From Fibrobacter succinogenes subsp. succinogenes S85 (GTDB taxonomy: Bacteria; Fibrobacterota; Fibrobacteria; Fibrobacterales; Fibrobacteraceae), in contig NC_017448.1 in assembly GCF_000146505.1 (NCBI RefSeq), positions 1,710,001-1,742,000 on the forward strand: a DNA stretch of 32,000 nt. Direction: 5' to 3'. Under the pieces are notes generated by a model that saw only the letters and a list, made by a program, of their open reading frames with translations, made no database searches and was not told the origin of the DNA. Of the stretch, positions 8,992 through 15,622 are shown one piece after another (the first letter of the stretch is position 1; each line of letters begins with the position of its first letter). The position numbers and the translations under genes are program-made.

Positions 8992-9019
8992 AAAAGAAGG
9001 CGGGGCGAGCCCCGTCTTC
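8992..9019 (-). terminator. Terminator hairpin after the lipoprotein gene (weaker U tract)
   Basis: Minus strand reads GAAGACGGGG-CUCG-CCCCGCCUUC followed by UUUUC. Same module as at 486-515 and 5017-5048. Confidence 0.5.
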
Positions 9020-9059
9020 CCTTTCCTCCTAACAGTATTTCCGTTAAGTTTTCATTGGT

Positions 9060-11009
9060 TTAGTTTTTGATGCAGCGGACAGCGAACAAGTCAGAGTTAA
9101 AAAAGTTGAATCGGACTTTCTTATGGGATGTAGCAGCCAAAAGAGGAGTTTGCTCGCTCTTGCCAACTCGGACAAAACTACCATCTTGATCCAGAACCGA
9201 GGCAAATTCATAGTAACCATATGTTATCACGTTCGGCCTAGGAACTCCCGAACCATAGGATTCCACAACTTTTCCTTCAATATTCCCAAAGCCACTCGCA
9301 TCAGCGTCCTTTAACAAGACTCCTTGACTTGCCATGTTTTCAATCAAGAGATCCCAATCAGCTTTATTGGGGATTCGCCATCCATCTGGGCACACGCCCT
9401 GATAAGTTGCAAGTTCCGATTCAGGGATAACACTCGAACTATCAAAATAGATTCCATATCCATATTTATGGTTGCAATAATCCCACAACGTTTCAGCAGT
9501 ATCTAATTCATAACATTCACCCGCTTCAGTTCTAATAAAGCAATATTCAATCCTATTACTTTCATCTTCATACGCACGCAAATCAAACTCAACCGTCAAG
9601 CACCGATCTTCAACAGACTCCGTTTTTAGTACCATGTCCTTACCCAACACACGGTCGTAAACATCGGCATTCAACTTAAGAAAAGATTCATCAATATTCA
9701 TAAACGCAGTCCACTTGTAAAAACGGCCCAGTTTTTCACATGACGGATCGTATTCCCAGCAACTCGTTTTTCCAAGCAAATTCTTTTTCAAGGTACTATC
9801 AACACTTGAAGACACCGTATCCGCAAAATTCAGATTTTCGGCCATCCACGTTTGCGTGACATCACCCCAGTTATACGTAACGATCTTATATGTTTTTCCA
9901 TCGCGATTGTCCACCATCGTTCCACTTGTGTATGAAGCCTTTTTGGAATCAACCACCCATTTTTTTGACCGGCAGGTGACTGCGAACTTGGGCAATTCAT
10001 AAAATTCACGAATCGCAATAGTATCTACATCGTTTTCACGCAATTCCGTACATTGTCCCAATCCAACCATATGAGCCAAATAGCCAACCTCATATTCGAA
10101 CAACTTTATTGTATTCAAATAATATTGCTGCATTTCTTCTGACGCAGAGAATCGCGACAAAGGCGCAAAGTAAACTTCTTTATAGATCCAGATAAAATCA
10201 TAACCCAATAATTCATTTTTTATTTCATCTCCACCTCCACGTCCCAAATCGTCAAGTTCAGAAATTTTCAAGTACAATGCCATAACATAATTCAATTCTT
10301 CATTTTCCAGGTCTTCAAAGCTTCCAAGATCTTCGTAAATGCCTATGTTTTCAAGAATGTCCTGTTCAGCCTTTTTGCTGGCCTCCGCAAACGACATTCC
10401 TTCGGCAAAGTACGCCCGCACTAGCGGGACCTTTTTATTGGACAACGTATTGACGCTTATCTTCTTATACTTTTTCAAGTCAACAATAGCGCTCCTCAAA
10501 ACCGGATATTTTTGCGATCCATATACACTCATTGCTCCTGTTGAATCAAATTTCGTAGGAAGATCGGTCGTAAAGCCCCACGCACCAGCACGCTCAAGAC
10601 AATTATTGGTGATGCAGGAATCAAGCGTTTCAATCAATACATACGGGCTATTCAAGGTAAGGTTTTCGAACGAAAAACGACCATCATCATTATCAATCGT
10701 ATCGACAAACGTACGACCTGTGGCCGCAAGAGATGACGAATCCAGTTCGTAAACAGTCACAACGGTTCCTTTCGCAGCATACAGGGAACCTTCATCATTT
10801 TGGATATTTGCCGAGCTATAGCCTTCCTTCGCAAGCAACTTGGGATATACATCGCCCACGCGGCCCGACAAGGCGTAAACGCCAGTTTCTTCAACAGTGC
10901 CACCGGCAACACCGTTTCCTGAATTCGTTTCCGAGCATGCCGCGAACATAAAGGCGAGCAGCATCGCCATTTTGCAGACAAACTGTCCGCTAATTTTTGA
11001 ATAATTCAT
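9060..11009 (-). CDS. Lipoprotein with C-terminal FISUMP domain carrying a large insertion (cassette 3)
   Basis: Lipobox MFAAC|SE. Also DNRDGKTYKIVTYNWGDVTQTWMAENL, GVCPDGWRIPNKADWDLL and the ending VRCIKN. About 285 aa lie between the start of the domain and the C-terminus, longer than in the paralogs. Confidence 0.85.
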   Translation of the reverse strand: MNYSKISGQFVCKMAMLLAFMFAACSETNSGNGVAGGTVEETGVYALSGRVGDVYPKLLAKEGYSSANIQNDEGSLYAAKGTVVTVYELDSSSLAATGRTFVDTIDNDDGRFSFENLTLNSPYVLIETLDSCITNNCLERAGAWGFTTDLPTKFDSTGAMSVYGSQKYPVLRSAIVDLKKYKKISVNTLSNKKVPLVRAYFAEGMSFAEASKKAEQDILENIGIYEDLGSFEDLENEELNYVMALYLKISELDDLGRGGGDEIKNELLGYDFIWIYKEVYFAPLSRFSASEEMQQYYLNTIKLFEYEVGYLAHMVGLGQCTELRENDVDTIAIREFYELPKFAVTCRSKKWVVDSKKASYTSGTMVDNRDGKTYKIVTYNWGDVTQTWMAENLNFADTVSSSVDSTLKKNLLGKTSCWEYDPSCEKLGRFYKWTAFMNIDESFLKLNADVYDRVLGKDMVLKTESVEDRCLTVEFDLRAYEDESNRIEYCFIRTEAGECYELDTAETLWDYCNHKYGYGIYFDSSSVIPESELATYQGVCPDGWRIPNKADWDLLIENMASQGVLLKDADASGFGNIEGKVVESYGSGVPRPNVITYGYYEFASVLDQDGSFVRVGKSEQTPLLAATSHKKVRFNFFNSDLFAVRCIKN

Positions 11010-11023
11010 GGTTTCCTCCTCGT

Positions 11024-11854
11024 TTATTTTTTCAAATCTTGTTTCTGTGTCAGCGGGAAAAGTTGCATATTCAGACGATAGACTTCGTCTGTGGCCGCAT
11101 TCTTCCGAGCAATGGCAATGACTCTTTTACGGCAATCAGCAATTTCTTGCACGATTTCGTCGTAGCCATCTTTGGTGATGCCGAATGTGACACCGGAGAA
11201 ATTTCGTTTATCCTGAGCCACACCCTCGATTGCTTCAAGCGCAAGCTCTCCCATTTGGCGGTGCATTGTACGGACGGCCAACGGAGTCACTTCCATGCGG
11301 CCCGTTGTCAAGGATTTATCAGTTTGTACGTAATTGCCTTCGTCATTTTTTTCAAGGAATCCGCCCTTGACGAGGAAGTTCAGCACATCGCTGACTTCGG
11401 CGGCGGTAATTTCTGGGCGGCAGGCATGGGCAAGCGCAAGCGGCTTTGCACCAGGCATCGATGGAGCGAGTTCACGAATGACCGGATTTTTCCAACTTTC
11501 AAAAAAGCGGAACGAATCGCCTTCCAAGATTTTCGCCTTGTGCGCTTCTGCAATGGCTAGCATTTTGTTAAAGGCCGCCTTCTTTTCATCATCCGTTTTC
11601 GCATGGTCGAACTTGACCATTTCGGTGAAATATTCGCGTTCGTAATCGACCAAGCGCATGGCATCTGCCACGCGAGCGGTCGCCGAATCACTCAAGTTAA
11701 AGCGGCCTTCGCTCACATATTTCAGATAAACACGTGAAGAGAATCCAGCTTCGTTTGCGAACTCTTGCCAAGTAAACGCGGATTTCGCCTTTTTATCGGC
11801 GTAATAATCCGCAATATACTGGCGATAGCTCGTATATTCTAGTATTTCTTTCAT
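11024..11854 (-). CDS. TIGR02147/DUF4423-like putative HTH regulator (cassette 3)
   Basis: Starts MKEILEYTSYRQYIADYYADKKAKSAFTWQEF and is colinear with the paralogs over its full length. AAGGAGG lies before the ATG. Confidence 0.85.
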   Translation of the reverse strand: MKEILEYTSYRQYIADYYADKKAKSAFTWQEFANEAGFSSRVYLKYVSEGRFNLSDSATARVADAMRLVDYEREYFTEMVKFDHAKTDDEKKAAFNKMLAIAEAHKAKILEGDSFRFFESWKNPVIRELAPSMPGAKPLALAHACRPEITAAEVSDVLNFLVKGGFLEKNDEGNYVQTDKSLTTGRMEVTPLAVRTMHRQMGELALEAIEGVAQDKRNFSGVTFGITKDGYDEIVQEIADCRKRVIAIARKNAATDEVYRLNMQLFPLTQKQDLKK

Positions 11855-11896
11855 TTTTCCTCCTTACGACAATCCCTAAATTTTTTCAGGGTCCGT

Positions 11897-11935
11897 AAAA
11901 AAACAAACGAATTGCGGTTCTTTTGTCCGTTTCGT
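11897..11935 (-). terminator. Terminator-like hairpin plus U-run inside the 5' leader of cassette 3 (possible attenuator)
   Basis: The minus strand reads AACGAAACGG-acaaaagaa-CCGcaaUUCGUU, then UGUUUUUUU. It sits between the predicted -10 (11947-11952) and the SD. Confidence 0.3.
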
Positions 11936-11946
11936 TCCTGAAATCA

Positions 11947-11975
11947 AATATACAACATAAATTTTAAAATTGCAA
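11947..11975 (-). promoter_or_regulatory. Sigma70-like promoter (TTGCAA-17 nt-TATATT on the minus strand)
   Basis: -35 at 11970-11975 and -10 at 11947-11952, read on the minus strand. Confidence 0.4.
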
Positions 11976-11979
11976 TAGA

Positions 11980-12076
11980 TTTACAATACAAAATATTGAT
12001 TTTTATAAAATTTTTGGAGATTTTAGAGAATATTATAAAATCTTGAGTATATTTCACAATACAAATGTATTGTAGA
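11980..12076 (-). promoter_or_regulatory. Upstream ACAATA-type box pair of cassette 3
   Basis: Proximal box ACAATA-N5-TATTGA at 11983-11999, 7 nt beyond the -35. Distal palindrome ACAATAC-aaat-GTATTGT at 12056-12073. Confidence 0.35.
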
Positions 12077-12102
12077 TTTTTTATTTCAATAGGGAATGGC
12101 GA

Positions 12103-12131
12103 CCCCGCAACGCGTGAGGGGTGACAATGTA
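12103..12131 (+). repeat. Extragenic hairpin plus TGACAATGTA tail (copy 2 of 3)
   Basis: CCCC ... GGGG stem (12103-12121) around an ACGCGT core, followed by TGACAATGTA at 12122-12131. It lies ~40 nt beyond the helicase stop. Confidence 0.4.
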
Positions 12132-12167
12132 AAGGAAATGCGCGGGTATTGCGCCCGCAGCAAGATT

Positions 12168-13628
12168 TTACTGCTGTTGGGATTGCGATTCGCGCATGCG
12201 GCGGCGAGCACGGGAACCCGGGCGGTTGCGGCGATGACGGCGACCGCCGTTCTGCGGATTCGGAGTATTATCAGCCGGAGCATTTTGTACGGTCACATTC
12301 TGGGCAGGATTGCGAGAAATCTGCTCGGAATTGTGCGGTGCATTGTTAGAATTCTGCTTTCCGTGATTTCCTTTGCGATTGCCGCGATTATTGCGGGTTT
12401 CTGCAGCGCGGGCCTGAGCTTCTTCGCGCGACATGCGACCGCGAGAATTGCGCATCATGCTTTCGGCAGTTTCTTTTTGCGGAGGTGGGAGATTCTCGTA
12501 AATGCTCTGATCGCCTTCCGGGATTTTCACACGAGTAAGCTTTTCAATCCCGCGCAAATCGGATTCTTCGTCCGGAGAGCAGAACGAAATGGCAACGCCT
12601 TCCTTCCCTGCACGGGCCGTACGGCCAATGCGATGCACAAACGTTTCATGTTCATTCGGCAAATCGTAATTGAACACATGGCTCACATCATCCACATCAA
12701 TGCCACGTGCTGCAATGTCCGTTGCCACAAGCACTCGAATTTGTTCACACTTGAAATTTCCGAGAGCTTCTTGACGACGGTTCTGGCTCTTGTTCCCGTG
12801 AATAGCTGCACACTTGATGCCAGCCTTTTCAAGCACGCGCACAATTTTATCTGCACCATGCTTTGTACGACAGAAGACAAGCACCTTTTTCATTTCAGGG
12901 TGTTCTGCCAAAAGCTCCTTGAGGAGAGCCCCCTTGCGGCGCTTGTCAATGCGATAAAGCTCTTGACGGATGCGTTCAATCGGAGTGCTCTGCGGAGCAA
13001 CTTCAACACGCACCGGATTCGGGCGCAAAATCGTCGCGGCAAGTTTCGAAATTTCTTCCGGCATCGTAGCGCTAAAGAACAAATTCTGTCGGTCTTGCGG
13101 GAGCATCGCTACAACCTTGCGGATATCATGGATAAAACCCATGTCCAGCATGCGGTCCGCTTCGTCGAGCACAAAGAATTCAAGTTTCTTGAGCGATATT
13201 GCCTTCTGCCCAATCAAATCCAACAAACGTCCTGGGGTAGCGACAAGCACATCGACACCGCGAATAAGCTTTTGCTTTTGCGGATTGTCATTCACGCCAC
13301 CAAAAATGCACGCCGTCGAAATTGCCGTGAACTGTGCATATTCCCTGAAGCAGTCTTCCACCTGGATGGCAAGCTCACGCGTCGGCAACAAAATCAAAGC
13401 ACGGCAAGTTTTGGGAGAACGGAACTTCCCGGAATCCAAAAGTCGCTGCAAAATCGGGAGCGCAAAAGCAGCCGTCTTGCCGGTTCCCGTCTGAGCAATT
13501 CCCAAGAGATCCTTGCCTTCAAGAAGACTCGGGATGGAACGTTCTTGAATCGGGGTCGGGGTTTCGTATCCAACAGCGCGGACAGCCCGCTGCAATGGAT
13601 TTGCCAAAGGAAGTTCTTCAAATTTCAT
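12168..13628 (-). CDS. DEAD-box ATP-dependent RNA helicase (RhlE-like) with a long basic C-terminal tail
   Basis: Motifs AQTGTGKT, PTRELA, VLDEADRMLDMGF, SAT and HRIGRTARAG. The R/N/Q-rich tail ends RRHRRNRPGSRARRRMRESQSQQQ. The ORF-track start at 13637 is a TTG, and the ATG at 13626-13628 (MKFEEL) is preferred. Confidence 0.9.
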   Translation of the reverse strand: MKFEELPLANPLQRAVRAVGYETPTPIQERSIPSLLEGKDLLGIAQTGTGKTAAFALPILQRLLDSGKFRSPKTCRALILLPTRELAIQVEDCFREYAQFTAISTACIFGGVNDNPQKQKLIRGVDVLVATPGRLLDLIGQKAISLKKLEFFVLDEADRMLDMGFIHDIRKVVAMLPQDRQNLFFSATMPEEISKLAATILRPNPVRVEVAPQSTPIERIRQELYRIDKRRKGALLKELLAEHPEMKKVLVFCRTKHGADKIVRVLEKAGIKCAAIHGNKSQNRRQEALGNFKCEQIRVLVATDIAARGIDVDDVSHVFNYDLPNEHETFVHRIGRTARAGKEGVAISFCSPDEESDLRGIEKLTRVKIPEGDQSIYENLPPPQKETAESMMRNSRGRMSREEAQARAAETRNNRGNRKGNHGKQNSNNAPHNSEQISRNPAQNVTVQNAPADNTPNPQNGGRRHRRNRPGSRARRRMRESQSQQQ

Positions 13629-13643
13629 ACTGCACAAAGATAG

Positions 13644-13666
13644 AAAAAGAGAGGCTCACGCCTCTC
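13644..13666 (-). terminator. Rho-independent terminator of the GGDEF gene
   Basis: Minus strand reads GAGAGGC-guga-GCCUCUC followed by UUUUUC. It lies 7 nt after the stop at 13673-13675 and only ~15 nt before the helicase ATG. Confidence 0.6.
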
Positions 13667-13672
13667 GAAAAG

Positions 13673-14830
13673 TTAACGCTTACGGCGATTCATTTCGGCA
13701 TGAGCGGCATAGAACGCTTCTTTATCCTCGTACATGCGCTCATCAACAGCGTTAATAAAGGCATCCGCACTTTCGTTCTTCATGTCGAACTTGTGGAAGC
13801 CAACAGAAATAAAAAGTTTGTAGGGTTTGTCAGTTTCTTTATTGAATTTATCAAAAGAGTGGCGGATTCGAGCAAGGCAATTTTCTATCGCAACGTCATC
13901 TTGAGTATTCAACAAAATAATAAATTCATCGCCCGCATAGCGAACTACGCTACCTGCGTTACCCACCGCCGATTTCAGGATTCGGGCCGTTATCACCAAC
14001 GCATCGTCACCCACCGCATGGCCTAATTCATCGTTGATACGCTTGAACCCATTCAAGTCAATCATGATACCCGTAATGTTCAACTTCGTCCGGTCCGTAA
14101 GTTTGTCCAACAGGTAATTCAAATAGGAACGGTTAAAAAGACCTGTCAGTTGGTCATGGTAAATCATCTCGTTCTGGAGGCTCGCAAGCACGCCCGCAAT
14201 CGAGATGGCGATACTCGTCGGAATCACAGAAATGCCGTAGTAAAGTGACTGCACCATACCACCGATAAGGATCGGCGCAATATAAACCCAAATCGGGAAA
14301 AACTTGAGAATGCCGCCTTTCGCTCGCGCCTTAAGATACACCACAATGCTATAGACAACAAACAGGTAATCCACCACCAAAAAGAAGGCGTACAGATTAG
14401 TTCTCGAATAAAGGTTGTCCTCGTCGATAGAAAATACAATCGGCGTAAAGAGATTTATCAAGAGCAAAGTAATGCCAACGGCAACAATTGAGTCGAGCAC
14501 AATTCTAGAACGGCGCGGGATTCCACCATTCAAATGGAACGACAAAAAGCGCACCCAGAAAAAGCTTGCAAGCATATTCGCCGCAAAAAGCCACGTACTC
14601 GTCGCATAAACGGCAATCTTTGGAACAAGGCCGGGCACGCCCTTCATCGAATAAGAAATCGGATCGGCTATGCAGCTCGTGAGAGCAAGGAACATCATCA
14701 ATAGCAAATTCTGGTCCGCACGGCTGCGCGTCTGGAAACGCCATAAATTACAAACAATCATGACAGCAATCAGAACTATCCCGATTACGTTTGTAACATA
14801 AATGCTTTCTAGATTAAATAACGGCTCCAT
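13673..14830 (-). CDS. Membrane-anchored GGDEF-domain protein (putative diguanylate cyclase) with an AGDEF active-site variant
   Basis: The N-terminal ~220 aa are hydrophobic with multiple TM segments. The C-terminal GGDEF domain includes DQLTGLFNRSYL, DLNGFKRINDELGH and RYAGDEFIILL. Confidence 0.85.
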   Translation of the reverse strand: MEPLFNLESIYVTNVIGIVLIAVMIVCNLWRFQTRSRADQNLLLMMFLALTSCIADPISYSMKGVPGLVPKIAVYATSTWLFAANMLASFFWVRFLSFHLNGGIPRRSRIVLDSIVAVGITLLLINLFTPIVFSIDEDNLYSRTNLYAFFLVVDYLFVVYSIVVYLKARAKGGILKFFPIWVYIAPILIGGMVQSLYYGISVIPTSIAISIAGVLASLQNEMIYHDQLTGLFNRSYLNYLLDKLTDRTKLNITGIMIDLNGFKRINDELGHAVGDDALVITARILKSAVGNAGSVVRYAGDEFIILLNTQDDVAIENCLARIRHSFDKFNKETDKPYKLFISVGFHKFDMKNESADAFINAVDERMYEDKEAFYAAHAEMNRRKR

Positions 14831-14845
14831 ATTTCCAACCTGCTC

Positions 14846-14868
14846 CCTAATTATACATTATAATTAGG
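14846..14868 (-). promoter_or_regulatory. Perfect AT-rich 10-bp inverted repeat 15 nt upstream of the GGDEF start codon
   Basis: CCTAATTATA-cat-TATAATTAGG. The minus-strand 3' arm runs into AGGGAGCAGG, the likely SD. The repeat also contains TATAAT hexamers. Confidence 0.4.
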
Positions 14869-14935
14869 CAATCTTGGCAATAAGGGTTCCGCAGAAAAAC
14901 GCTTTTTGCAACAAAAAAAAAGAAGTTTCAAGAAA

Positions 14936-15622
14936 TTATTTAGGACTTTTCTGGCGTCCAAAACTCCCGATAGGGTATTTCACCACCAAAGTTGCCGCCT
15001 TGTTGCCGAGGAACTGGATAACCTCCACCATCGCAACGATGATAACGACCGATTCGATCATCACGTCAGTACGGAAACGCTGGTAGCCATAACGGATGGC
15101 TAGATCACCAAGACCTCCCCCGCCGATTGCCCCCGCCATCGCCGAATAGCCAATCAGCGTGATTATAGTCAAAGTAACACCAGAAATAATCGATGGAAGC
15201 GCTTCGGGAATCAACACTTTTCGCACCACCTGACGTTTGGATGCGCCCATGGCAACAGCCGCCTGGATTACGCCCTTGTCCACCTCGTTCAACGCCGTTT
15301 CGGTCAAGCGCGCAATAAAAGGAGCCGCCGCAATGGATAGCGGAATAATCGTTGCCTCAGTTCCAATCGCCGTACCCAACACCACACGGGAAAGCGGGAA
15401 CAGCACAATCATCAAAATCACGAACGGGAACGAGCGCAGCACATTCACGATACGGCTAATTAATTGATACGGAATAATTTTGGGAGCGATACCGCGCGGG
15501 GATGTGACAAATAAGAAAATTCCAAGAGGAAATCCGAGAAGAATCGCGAACAACGTCGAAAAGAAAACCATGACGACAGTTTCCCAAGTCGATTGCAAAA
15601 CCAGTTCTGTTATAGGACTCAT
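14936..15622 (-). CDS. metI: Methionine ABC transporter permease
   Basis: MetI-type permease sequence (FSTLFAILLGFPLGI ... RSFPFVILMIVLFPLSR ... EALPSIISGVTL). A 4-nt ATGA overlap joins it to the upstream ATPase gene. Confidence 0.85.
   Translation of the reverse strand: MSPITELVLQSTWETVVMVFFSTLFAILLGFPLGIFLFVTSPRGIAPKIIPYQLISRIVNVLRSFPFVILMIVLFPLSRVVLGTAIGTEATIIPLSIAAAPFIARLTETALNEVDKGVIQAAVAMGASKRQVVRKVLIPEALPSIISGVTLTIITLIGYSAMAGAIGGGGLGDLAIRYGYQRFRTDVMIESVVIIVAMVEVIQFLGNKAATLVVKYPIGSFGRQKSPK

Noticed and set aside
12096-13643. 515-aa plus-strand ORF antisense to the DEAD-box helicase. The ORFs 22573-23571 (antisense to GH16) and 7026-7691, 10997-11560 and 4022-4279 (antisense to the regulators) are of the same kind.
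   Set aside because: The 12096, 22573 and 7026 ORFs are in the codon-aligned antisense phase of a well-supported gene, and I judged the two shorter ones to be the same artefact. I attribute them to avoidance of TTA/CTA/TCA in the sense genes rather than to coding.
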